Position numbers and translations under genes: made by a program. From positions 132,817 through 164,816 of the forward strand of contig CAKQHZ010000002.1 of NCBI GenBank assembly GCA_934246625.1: 32,000 nucleotides of DNA, read 5' to 3'. Below, one piece after another: positions 22,389-30,547 of the stretch (within the stretch, counting starts at the first letter, position 1; every line of letters starts with the position of its first letter). The stretch is from an uncultured Alphaproteobacteria bacterium. Its GTDB lineage: Bacteria > Pseudomonadota > Alphaproteobacteria > Rs-D84 > CACZYB01. The notes beneath the pieces were generated by a model. That model did not search any database. It was given only the letters and a program-made list of their open reading frames with translations, and was not told the origin of the DNA.

Positions 22389-23300
22389 TTATTTTAAAAC
22401 TTCGCCTACTGTAAATTTATATCCGTTTGTAAAATCCTTTGTTGTAAGTGGTTTGCCACCAGATTTTTGAAGTTCTTCTATTTTAATAACTTCACCATTT
22501 TGGCATGCAATTTTTAAATCAGGAGTTAAGATTGTCCCCGCTGGTTTATCGGTAGTTTCGTTTTGAATAGTTGTTTTTAATACCTTTATTTGCATATCGT
22601 TGTGTATAAAAAATGCCTTTGGTGCAGGCATAAGTCCACGAACTAAATTATGAATAACTTGTGCTGGATTGTTCCAGTTTAGTTTTGCTTCTTCCTTTGT
22701 TAATTTAGGGGCAAGTGTGAATACTCCTTCTTGTTTTTGTGGAAGAATGCTATCCTTGTTTTCAATATAATCAAGTATCATTTCACCACCAAGAATTGAC
22801 ATTTTTTCTTCTAATTCTCCATAAGTGATTTCATTTGTGATAGGGAGAACTTCTTTTAATAACATATCGCCTGTATCCATACCTGCGTCCATTTGCATAA
22901 TGGTGATACCTGCAACTTTGTCGCCATTTAATATTGCACGTTGAATTGGGTTTGCACCACGAAGTTTTGGAAGAATTGATGCGTGAATATTTATGCAACC
23001 CATTGGAGGAATATCAAGAACGGATTGTGGTAAAATAATTCCGTATGCGGCAACAACAATCATATCAGGGTGAAGTTTTTTAAGTGTGTCAATATCCTCT
23101 TGATTTTTAAAATTTTTTGGTGTGAAAACAGAAATGTTATGTTCTTCGGCTGTGATGTGTATAGGTGATTTTGTTAAAATCATTTTGCGACCTTGAGGTT
23201 TTGGTGCCTTTGTATATACACCTATCACATTATATTTTTTTATTAGGTTTAATAATGCTGGAACTGCGAAATCAGGAGTTCCCATAAAAACTATATTCAC
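22389..23300 (-). CDS. fmt: Methionyl-tRNA formyltransferase
   Basis: MNIVFMGTPDFAVP, INIHASILPKLRGANPIQRAI and GITIMQMDAGMDTGD are present, and the gene sits directly downstream of def. Confidence 0.9.
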   Translation of the reverse strand: MNIVFMGTPDFAVPALLNLIKKYNVIGVYTKAPKPQGRKMILTKSPIHITAEEHNISVFTPKNFKNQEDIDTLKKLHPDMIVVAAYGIILPQSVLDIPPMGCINIHASILPKLRGANPIQRAILNGDKVAGITIMQMDAGMDTGDMLLKEVLPITNEITYGELEEKMSILGGEMILDYIENKDSILPQKQEGVFTLAPKLTKEEAKLNWNNPAQVIHNLVRGLMPAPKAFFIHNDMQIKVLKTTIQNETTDKPAGTILTPDLKIACQNGEVIKIEELQKSGGKPLTTKDFTNGYKFTVGEVLK

Positions 23301-23302
23301 TT

Positions 23303-23854
23303 TTATTTTCCAAATTTTATTTTTCTTAGTTTGTTTATTATAAGTTTCTTTTTTAATGAACTTAGGTAATCAATAAAAAGTTTTCCATTAAGGTGGTCAA
23401 TTTCGTGTTCTATACAACGGGCAAGAAGTCCGTCTGCTTCCAATTCTATATTTTTGCCATTTTCATCTGTGTATGAAATTTTTACAGATTTTGGTCTTTC
23501 AATTTCATAATAAATTGTTGGCACAGAAAGACAACCTTCTTCCTTTACACATAATTCCTTTGATACAGAAAGTATTTTTGGATTGATAAGTTTTAAATAT
23601 CTTTTTGATGGAAGAGTTTGACCTTCTTCTTTTGCAATAGTTTCAGCATCAATTACAATTATTTTTTTAAGACAGCCAACCTGTGGTCCAGCAAGTCCAA
23701 TTCCATCGAATTGTCCCATTATTTTAATCATATCATCAAATAAATCCAATAAATCATCAGTAATTTGGTCAACTGGAGTTGTTGGTTTTCGAAGAATTGG
23801 GTCTGGTTCAATACATAATGTAATCGGTTTTTTATTCTTTTTTAAGTCTTCCAT
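23303..23854 (-). CDS. def: Peptide deformylase
   Basis: All three deformylase motifs are present: GIGLAGPQVG, EGCLSVP and HEIDHLNG. Confidence 0.92.
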   Translation of the reverse strand: MEDLKKNKKPITLCIEPDPILRKPTTPVDQITDDLLDLFDDMIKIMGQFDGIGLAGPQVGCLKKIIVIDAETIAKEEGQTLPSKRYLKLINPKILSVSKELCVKEEGCLSVPTIYYEIERPKSVKISYTDENGKNIELEADGLLARCIEHEIDHLNGKLFIDYLSSLKKKLIINKLRKIKFGK

Positions 23855-23912
23855 TTTATAAATCTTTCTGTTAATATATCTATATTATTTAATATAAAGG
23901 GAATTTTGTAAA

Positions 23913-25094
23913 ATGACAATAGTTTTTATTATTTTAATTTCAGTATTTATCTCACTTTCCATTTATTTATTTTTGAAAAATCAAAAATTATCACAAAGGA
24001 ATTTTGAACTTAAGATTTCTTTGGAACAGGAGGTCAAAAATAACGAAGCAAAAATTTCAGAAATGTTAAAAATCAAAGAACAATTTTCAAGGGAATTTGA
24101 AAACATTTCCAATCGTGTGATTAAAATGCAAAAGGAGGATTTTGATAGAGAGCAAAGACAATCTTTGACAACTTTGCTTAATCCTTTTCAAACTCAGATA
24201 AAAGATTTTCGTGAACAAATTGAACGAACAAATCTTAAAAATGAAAATGATAAAGGTGTATTGAAGCGAGAGCTAGAAGAGCTTAAAAATATGAATACAA
24301 CACTTTCAAAAAATGCTGATGATTTGGTAAATGCCCTTAAAGGTAATAGCAAAGTTCAAGGTGATTGGGGTGAACATCAACTTAAAACTATACTTGATAT
24401 GTCAGGACTTAACGAAGGGATTGATTATCAAATGCAATTTAATACAAAGGGTGAAGTGGGACAAAATCTTCGCCCTGATTGTGTTATAAATCTTCCAAAT
24501 GGGAAAAAGTTGATTGTGGATTCAAAGGTTTCTATTACAAACTATATTGATTTCGTAAAGGAGGAAAATGAAGAAAAGAAAAAGCAATATTTGAATCTTC
24601 ATATATCTTCTATTAAAAAACATATTGCTGAACTTTCAAATAAGGAATATCAAAAATATCTTTCCGATATTGATTTTGTTTTTATGTTTATTCCGAATGA
24701 ACAGGCATATATAGAAGCATTAAAATGCGATAATAAAATTTATGATACTGCATATAAAGCAAATGTTGCGATTACAACACCATCTTCTATTTTACCGATA
24801 CTTAGAACTGTGAAAAATTTGTGGAATATTGAAAATCAAAATAAAAATGCTTCGTTGATTGCGGAAAAGGCTGGAAAACTTTATGATAAACTTGTCGGTT
24901 TTGTTGAAAATATGAAAAAGATTGATAAGAATTTGATAAATGCAAAAAGTGCATACGATGATGCCTTTAATCAACTTTCTGATGGAAGAGGATCTGCGTT
25001 ATCGATTGCCGAGGATATGAAAGAAATGGGTGCAAAGACAACAAAGCAAATAAAAGTTGAAAATAAAAGTTTGCTTTTGGACGAAAATAAATAA
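23913..25094 (+). CDS. rmuC: DNA recombination protein RmuC
   Basis: An N-terminal TM helix and long coiled coil, with a C-terminal core (GDWGEHQLKTIL...RPDCVINLP.GK.LIVDSK...FVFMFIPNE) typical of the RmuC family. Confidence 0.8.
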   Translation: MTIVFIILISVFISLSIYLFLKNQKLSQRNFELKISLEQEVKNNEAKISEMLKIKEQFSREFENISNRVIKMQKEDFDREQRQSLTTLLNPFQTQIKDFREQIERTNLKNENDKGVLKRELEELKNMNTTLSKNADDLVNALKGNSKVQGDWGEHQLKTILDMSGLNEGIDYQMQFNTKGEVGQNLRPDCVINLPNGKKLIVDSKVSITNYIDFVKEENEEKKKQYLNLHISSIKKHIAELSNKEYQKYLSDIDFVFMFIPNEQAYIEALKCDNKIYDTAYKANVAITTPSSILPILRTVKNLWNIENQNKNASLIAEKAGKLYDKLVGFVENMKKIDKNLINAKSAYDDAFNQLSDGRGSALSIAEDMKEMGAKTTKQIKVENKSLLLDENK

Positions 25095-25146
25095 TTGCAC
25101 CAGATTGGCTTTTGTGTTATTATGTAAAAGTTATTAGGAGATAAAT

Positions 25147-25806
25147 ATGTTTAAAAAATTTTTAATTTTGTTTTTTGTGATTGGGTTTGGTTTTGTCTTT
25201 GATGCTTTTTCACAAACAAGGACTAGAGCCCATTATGGACGTGGAAATGGTTTTACTTTTTCTCAAGATGCAAAGGAGCGAATTAGACTTGGTTGTCCAA
25301 ATGTTTTAAGACGTGCAAATCAATTTTCAAAGGATATGAAAACAAAGGGTGCATCAAATATTGAATCTGAAATCATTTATATGTGTTCAGTTAATTCTAT
25401 TGAACTTGAAAAGGGGGATTTGGGTCCATGGAAAAAATTTGTTCATGCCCTTGAAAAGGTATTTAAGCAATTCAGAAATCTTATTTATCTTGCCGCTATA
25501 TTTATGCTTCTTTGGATTATCGTAAAGGCTATGTATGAAGGTGATATGAAGTGGATGCATATTGGTATGATGGTTTTGGGTATTACTATGCTTTCGTTTG
25601 CAGAGGTGTTTTTGGATATTGCAACCAATAGAGTTACCATAGATGATATTCGAAATAGTGAAATTTATGTTGATTGTCGTGAACCTGATAGAGGTCTTTA
25701 TATTTGTTCTGTGGATACAGATGGTGCGGTTGATAAAGAATCTGTGTATTTATATGATGTGAATCACAAGGCAACTAAAACCAAAGTCTTTAAAGGACTT
25801 TATTAG
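25147..25806 (+). CDS. Secreted/membrane protein with a central two-helix hydrophobic hairpin; unknown function
   Basis: The signal peptide is MFKKFLILFFVIGFGFVFDAFS. The two adjacent TM helices are LIYLAAIFMLLWIIVKAMY and MHIGMMVLGITMLSFAEVFLDIA. Cys pairs are present in both flanking soluble regions. Confidence 0.55.
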   Translation: MFKKFLILFFVIGFGFVFDAFSQTRTRAHYGRGNGFTFSQDAKERIRLGCPNVLRRANQFSKDMKTKGASNIESEIIYMCSVNSIELEKGDLGPWKKFVHALEKVFKQFRNLIYLAAIFMLLWIIVKAMYEGDMKWMHIGMMVLGITMLSFAEVFLDIATNRVTIDDIRNSEIYVDCREPDRGLYICSVDTDGAVDKESVYLYDVNHKATKTKVFKGLY

Positions 25807-25841
25807 ATTTTAGTAATATTTACATAAAATATATGACAAAT

Positions 25842-25874
25842 GGAGTTTTTTAGTTTAAAAACTCCGTTTTTTTT
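25842..25874 (+). terminator. Rho-independent terminator
   Basis: ggagtttt pairs with aaaactcc, followed by T8. Confidence 0.6.
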
Positions 25875-25915
25875 GAAAAATTTGTGGTTTTTTATGAGAA
25901 AATAAAGATTTTTTA

Positions 25916-25945
25916 TTGACTTATTGTGTTTTTTATAAGTAGAAT
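25916..25945 (+). promoter_or_regulatory. sigma70-like promoter of the HU gene
   Basis: TTGACT (25916-25921), an 18-nt spacer, then TAGAAT (25940-25945). Confidence 0.4.
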
Positions 25946-26005
25946 CAGATTGTGTGTTGCAAAATACAATACATTAACTTTAAAGGTAAACAAAGGAGAT
26001 AGATT

Positions 26006-26281
26006 ATGAATAAAAATGATTTAATCAATGCTATTGCAGATTCAACAGAACTTTCAAAAGTTAAAGTTGGTGAAGTTCTTGACAGCTTTGTTAATGTTAT
26101 CACAAAAGCTTTGAAAAAAGGTGAAGAAGTTCGTCTTATAGGTTTTGGAACTTTTGCTGTTTCAAAAAGAAAAGCAACAAAAGGTCATAACCCAAGAACT
26201 GGTGAAGAAATTAAAATACCTGCTTCTAAACAACCTAAATTTAAAGCTGGTAAAACTTTGAAAGAAGCTGTTAACAAATAA
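26006..26281 (+). CDS. hup: Nucleoid-associated DNA-binding protein HU
   Basis: MNKNDLINAIA...GFGTFAVSKRKATKGHNPRTGEEIKIPASKQPKFKAGK is a canonical HU/IHF fold signature; 91 aa. Confidence 0.92.
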   Translation: MNKNDLINAIADSTELSKVKVGEVLDSFVNVITKALKKGEEVRLIGFGTFAVSKRKATKGHNPRTGEEIKIPASKQPKFKAGKTLKEAVNK

Positions 26282-26300
26282 GCTATCTTTTTTAATTAAG

Positions 26301-26330
26301 TCCCCCGCCAATCGGTTGGGGGATTTTTTT
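26301..26330 (+). terminator. Rho-independent terminator
   Basis: tcccccgcc pairs with ggttggggga, followed by T7. Confidence 0.65.
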
Positions 26331-26352
26331 ATTCTATTATTTATTTTTTTGT

Positions 26353-26381
26353 TTGATATTATTCTTAAAATGAGATATTAT
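26353..26381 (+). promoter_or_regulatory. sigma70-like promoter of the surface-protein locus
   Basis: TTGATA (26353-26358), a 17-nt spacer, then TATTAT (26376-26381). Confidence 0.4.
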
Positions 26382-26428
26382 ACATATAAGTTTAACCAAT
26401 GAGAAAGGAAAAAATATGTTAGACAAAT

Positions 26429-27922
26429 TTGACAAAACGGGGGGGGGTAAAACAGGTAAATAATTCTGAAACTTCTCTTAAAATCAATTCTGGTTTTAAA
26501 TCAATAAAATTCGGTTTGGTTAGTTTTTTAACCATTGCAACCTTGATAGGTGCAACATCTGTAAATGCAAGTCCTCGTAGAAATAGAAGACAAGGTAAAA
26601 CAACCCTTAACCAAAATAATACAAGAATTAATGCTGGTATGACTTCTGGTTATAGTAATAAATTTTTTACAAATACTCTTATTACATTTATGGAACAAAG
26701 ACAAATTGATGTTGATACAGTTATCAATGCAGGAACAACAACAGGAATAGCTTTATTAAAGGCAGATGTTGTTGGTAATAAACCAGCATATAAACTTTGT
26801 TTCCCTTGCTCTTCTATTGTTATGAAAGGTAATGTTGAAGAAGCAACGAGTATGACTGGTGAAAAATGTTATACTTTAAAGGCTGGTGATTTTAAATCTC
26901 AAATAGTTATTCCTGCAAATGCACAAAAAACTTGTGGAGATTTATCTTCAAAACGTTTAACAATTCGTTCAAATGATGAATTTGAAACAATCGCGGATAG
27001 TGCAAATTTGGCAATAGTTCAAAATGATTTTGGTGTGGATTATGATAATATTGCTCTTTCTGAAGATACTGAAACAAAGGAACTTTCTCAAGTTTTTCTT
27101 GATGCAAAAGCAAAGGCAGTAGAGGCATGTGTAAATTCTGATTTTTCAAAATCTTATGATACTGTAAAGGGTTTATTTATTGGTTCAACTGTTGCTTCTG
27201 GTGTTGCAACTGGAACTGGTGCTGCGGGAACAGCTATTAGTGCTCTTAATATAAATAAGGGACAAAGTGCAACAGTAGATTATGACAAACTTAAAAAACT
27301 TGTTGATGTAGATGTATCTGTGAAAGATTATTTTAAATGTGAAACAAAGAAAGCTCTTAACACTATTGTTGATACAGATGAAACTTGTGATATTACTTCT
27401 GGAACAACAGATAGTAGTGTAAAAACTGTATTTGCTAAGGCTTTGGCAATGAAAGATTTAAACAATGAACTTTTTTCTGAAAAATTTATGTCTTTTGTTG
27501 ATAAATATAAAACTGAAACAGATGAGACTAAAAAAACAGAATATGCAAATGAATTAAAGTCAAGAAAATCTTCTTTGATTAAGGATTTTGAAAATGTTGA
27601 TGATTTAGTTGCAAATGTAGTTTCTGCACAAAAATCACTTGAAACAAAACTTTCTTTTGTGGAAGAAAATCTTATTGATAAAATTGAAAGTGATAAAAAT
27701 TTAAAGAAAAAGTATGCAATGACAGGAGCAAATATTGCTAATGTGGCTTTGTCTGGTGCAACATCTGTGTCTGGTGTAGCTACTTCTGTGATGGGATTTA
27801 GTGCTGTTGGTGAAATTGATAAACTTATCAATCGTGTAAAAGAATGTAAATCTGCAGCGTCAAAAATGTATGATGCAGGTCTTGCTCTTGAAGCTCAATT
27901 ACAAGAATTAAAAGGAGAATAA
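26429..27922 (+). CDS. Secreted Cys-containing, glycine-zipper-rich protein, large paralogue A (probable true start ATG 26416, out of frame at G9)
   Basis: Track ORF from a TTG start. The signal peptide is IKFGLVSFLTIATLIGATSVNA|SP. It shares SGY..K.F.N..IT..E.R.I......N.G..G......D.....YKLC.PC, EAC..S and a C-terminal ..CK.AA.KM..AG.ALE with the 28450 ORF. Confidence 0.7.
   Translation: MTKRGGVKQVNNSETSLKINSGFKSIKFGLVSFLTIATLIGATSVNASPRRNRRQGKTTLNQNNTRINAGMTSGYSNKFFTNTLITFMEQRQIDVDTVINAGTTTGIALLKADVVGNKPAYKLCFPCSSIVMKGNVEEATSMTGEKCYTLKAGDFKSQIVIPANAQKTCGDLSSKRLTIRSNDEFETIADSANLAIVQNDFGVDYDNIALSEDTETKELSQVFLDAKAKAVEACVNSDFSKSYDTVKGLFIGSTVASGVATGTGAAGTAISALNINKGQSATVDYDKLKKLVDVDVSVKDYFKCETKKALNTIVDTDETCDITSGTTDSSVKTVFAKALAMKDLNNELFSEKFMSFVDKYKTETDETKKTEYANELKSRKSSLIKDFENVDDLVANVVSAQKSLETKLSFVEENLIDKIESDKNLKKKYAMTGANIANVALSGATSVSGVATSVMGFSAVGEIDKLINRVKECKSAASKMYDAGLALEAQLQELKGE
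26439..26447 (+). promoter_or_regulatory. Homopolymeric G9 tract 21 nt after the SD-preceded ATG (candidate slipped-strand phase-variation switch)
   Basis: The ATG at 26416, with an AAGGAAAAAA SD, reads MLDKFDKTGGGKTGK-stop at G9. With G8 (or G11) it would read straight into the 497-aa ORF. This is the only G/C run longer than 5 that I noticed in the window. Confidence 0.6.
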
Positions 27923-27923
27923 T

Positions 27924-28325
27924 ATGAAAATTTCCAAAATAGTTTTAATGGCTGTTGCAATGTTTTCTTTGACTGCAAATGCAAATACTAAATTTACAGT
28001 TAATGATAAAGATGCAGCAGAATATTGTAAAAATTTAGATGTTAATAAAATTGAAAAACTTAAAAGTTTGGCTACAACCTCTGCTATTGGTGGAGTTGTT
28101 GGTGCTGCTTCTGGTGCATCTGGAGTTGCGACTTCTTTGATAAGTGGTTCAAAACTTTCTGATGAAAAAGGTAAAAAAGGACTTGATATTGCAACCACAA
28201 TTACCTCTGGTTTAGGGGCAACAGCTGGAATTATGTCTGTGTCAACCAGTGGTGCTGGGCTTGCTGAAATTGAAGGTATCTTTGATACAATCAATAAATG
28301 TAAGGAAAAAATGTCAAAAATTTAA
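27924..28325 (+). CDS. Secreted small glycine-zipper protein, small paralogue A
   Basis: The signal peptide is MKISKIVLMAVAMFSLTANA. There are two uncharged G/A/S/T-rich segments (LATTSAIGGVVGAASGASGVATSLISG and LDIATTITSGLGATAGIMSVSTSGAGLA) and two Cys. Its start lies 1 nt after the stop of the large gene, with the SD inside that gene's 3' end. Confidence 0.7.
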   Translation: MKISKIVLMAVAMFSLTANANTKFTVNDKDAAEYCKNLDVNKIEKLKSLATTSAIGGVVGAASGASGVATSLISGSKLSDEKGKKGLDIATTITSGLGATAGIMSVSTSGAGLAEIEGIFDTINKCKEKMSKI

Positions 28326-28449
28326 TTATTATTTCGTCTTTTTTATAAAAACAAACTCTTCGTTTTGAGGGGTTTGTTTTTTTTGTTGTTTATGTCTAAA
28401 TTTTATGATATAATACAGATAATTTTGTATAAAAAGGAAAGGAAATAAT

Positions 28450-29445
28450 ATGAAACAAAAAGTTAGTTTAGTTTCTTTGGCTTTGCTTCTTGCCTTTACA
28501 TCTGTTGATGCAGGTGCAAGGGTTTCTCGTTCAAGACATGCTTCTTCAAAGAAAATTAGTTCAGGTTTGGTCTCTGGATATAATGATAAAATTTTCGTTA
28601 ATCCATCAATCACATTGATTGAAAAGCGTTCTATTGAACTTGCTCCACTTATCAATGTTGGTGAAAATGGTATCGGAAAAATTACAAGAAAAGCAGATGG
28701 CACAGAGCCATATTATAAACTTTGCATACCTTGTGCAAATATATTCTTAGAAGCAACTTTGGCTGATGGAAGTTTTAAATCTTTGACTGCTAATGGAAGT
28801 TGTTATTCTTTGGAACCTGGTGCAAAATATACTATTGCAACAGCTGATGGTGCAATTAACACTTGCGGTTCAAAGTTAAGAATGACAATCAATGATATGA
28901 GAAGTGCTGCAAAAACAGAAGTTGATAGTGTTGTTTTAAATCTTCTTCCAAACAGCAGTGCTTATGATTACACAAATATTCAGCTTGGTCAAGATACTTT
29001 GATGACAGATTTGATTACTGATTATAATGATGCAAAACGTGAAGCGATTGAGGCTTGCACTTCTAGCAACATTATGGAAACATTGGATATTATCAAAGGT
29101 TGGATGATTGCTTCTGTTTCAGGAAGTGGTGTTGCAACTGTAACAGGTGCTACTGATACTGCTTTTCAAACTATTGAAACTGTGAAAGGTGATACTAAAG
29201 TAGGAAATGGTGTTCTTCAAGGGACATTGTCAGCAGTAAGTGCAACAGGTAATACTTTGTCAATGACTGGTGCAATCGTTTCTGCAGTGCAACTTGATAA
29301 ACTTGTTTCAAGTTTGGATAAGTGTAAAAAAGCTGCTCAAAAAATGAACAATGCTGGTGTTGCTTTGGAATATGGATTGGCTGACTTGATGTCTGCTGAT
29401 GAAAGCAATGTTAAAACATCAACAGAAACAAAAACTGAAGAATAA
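28450..29445 (+). CDS. Secreted Cys-containing, glycine-zipper-rich protein, large paralogue B
   Basis: The signal peptide is MKQKVSLVSLALLLAFTSVDA. It is collinear with paralogue A but lacks about 160 aa of the middle region. An extended -10 (TGATATAAT) lies upstream. Confidence 0.75.
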   Translation: MKQKVSLVSLALLLAFTSVDAGARVSRSRHASSKKISSGLVSGYNDKIFVNPSITLIEKRSIELAPLINVGENGIGKITRKADGTEPYYKLCIPCANIFLEATLADGSFKSLTANGSCYSLEPGAKYTIATADGAINTCGSKLRMTINDMRSAAKTEVDSVVLNLLPNSSAYDYTNIQLGQDTLMTDLITDYNDAKREAIEACTSSNIMETLDIIKGWMIASVSGSGVATVTGATDTAFQTIETVKGDTKVGNGVLQGTLSAVSATGNTLSMTGAIVSAVQLDKLVSSLDKCKKAAQKMNNAGVALEYGLADLMSADESNVKTSTETKTEE

Positions 29446-29456
29446 AGGAGTTTAAT

Positions 29457-29888
29457 ATGAAAAAATTATTTATACTTATGTTTTCATTATTATCTGTTGC
29501 TGTAAAAGCAGAAAAGCCAGTTTTCCCAAGATATACTGAAAATGAAAAGGCAACAGTTAATCATTGTAGAGCAATTAATACTTCAAAAATAGAAGAAATC
29601 AAAGGAAGAATGATTGCAGTTGGTGTTGTAAGTGGTATTAGTGCTGGTGCAAATACTTATTCTGCTGTTGTTAACTATGCTAAATTCGATAAGGCAGGAG
29701 CTGATGCAGATGAGAAGAAAAAAGCCTCAGCTACGGCTCACGGAATTGCATCAAATATTGCAACTGGTGTGGCTGCGGCTGGTTCTATTACTTCTACTGG
29801 TTTGACTGGTGCAAGTTTGGCAGATTTGGAAAACATTATTGATAATGTTAAAAAATGTCAAAGCGGTTTAAACTCACTTAGCTATTAG
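29457..29888 (+). CDS. Secreted small glycine-zipper protein, small paralogue B
   Basis: The signal peptide is MKKLFILMFSLLSVAVKA. It has the same architecture as 27924..28325 (C....N.SKIE.IKG, G/A/S-rich segments, LE.I.D.V.KC). Confidence 0.75.
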   Translation: MKKLFILMFSLLSVAVKAEKPVFPRYTENEKATVNHCRAINTSKIEEIKGRMIAVGVVSGISAGANTYSAVVNYAKFDKAGADADEKKKASATAHGIASNIATGVAAAGSITSTGLTGASLADLENIIDNVKKCQSGLNSLSY

Positions 29889-29924
29889 AATATAGATAGA
29901 AACTGTTTCTAATTACATATTTTG

Positions 29925-29946
29925 CCTCCCAATTGGGAGGTTTTTT
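29925..29946 (+). terminator. Rho-independent terminator
   Basis: cctccc pairs with gggagg, followed by T6. Confidence 0.6.
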
Positions 29947-30008
29947 ATATTTCCTTTTACATTTTTGCTTTTCGTTGTTATACTTTATTGAAAACAAGGG
30001 AGATAAAT

Positions 30009-30476
30009 ATGCCAAAAGTAAAAGCAAAGATTTTTTATTTACCAAATTATGATATGAATGCGTGGGGACCAATGAAGTATGTTCATGAAAGTGATACTGG
30101 ATTTGATGTTCGTGCATGTGTAAGTGAAGATGTTGTGCTTGCCCCTATGGAAAGAAAGATTATCCCGCTGGGGTTTAAGATTGCTCCTTCGTTGGGATAT
30201 GGTTTTGAATTAAGGGCACGAAGTGGTAATGCGATTAAACTTGGGCTTTGCCCTGTGAATGGTGTCGGAACCATTGATAATGAATACCGTGGTGAAGTTG
30301 GTATTATATTGGTGAATCTTTCATCTGAACCAGTGGTTATTGAACGTGGTATGCGTGTAGGTCAGGGTGTTGTTGAACCAGTTTATCAATTTGATTTTGA
30401 AGAAGTTGATTGTGAGGAAAAACTTGGCATTTCACAAAGAGGTGAATGTGGGTTTGGTTCTACTGGTAAAAAATAA
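30009..30476 (+). CDS. dut: dUTP diphosphatase
   Basis: I moved the start to the ATG at 30009, which has a GGGAG SD; the track start at 29922 is a TTG inside the terminator. The motifs are DTGFDVRA, LRARSG, GTIDNEYRGEVGIILVN and RGECGFGSTG. Confidence 0.9.
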   Translation: MPKVKAKIFYLPNYDMNAWGPMKYVHESDTGFDVRACVSEDVVLAPMERKIIPLGFKIAPSLGYGFELRARSGNAIKLGLCPVNGVGTIDNEYRGEVGIILVNLSSEPVVIERGMRVGQGVVEPVYQFDFEEVDCEEKLGISQRGECGFGSTGKK

Positions 30477-30490
30477 TTATACAAAAAATA

Positions 30491-30518
30491 TTGACAAAAT
30501 AAAATGACTTTATAAAAT
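30491..30518 (+). promoter_or_regulatory. sigma70-like promoter
   Basis: TTGACA (30491-30496), a 16-nt spacer, then TAAAAT (30513-30518). Confidence 0.4.
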
Positions 30519-30547
30519 ATTTATATGTTTTATAAAGGAGTTTTGTT

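Noticed and set aside
4116-30008. N-terminal extensions implied by the track starts at 4151(-), 8373, 17569, 19237, 20685(-) and 29922
   Set aside because: These starts are non-ATG codons or lie inside terminator hairpins. In each case an internal ATG with a proper SD gives a canonical N-terminus (signal peptide, MipZ P-loop, dUTPase start).
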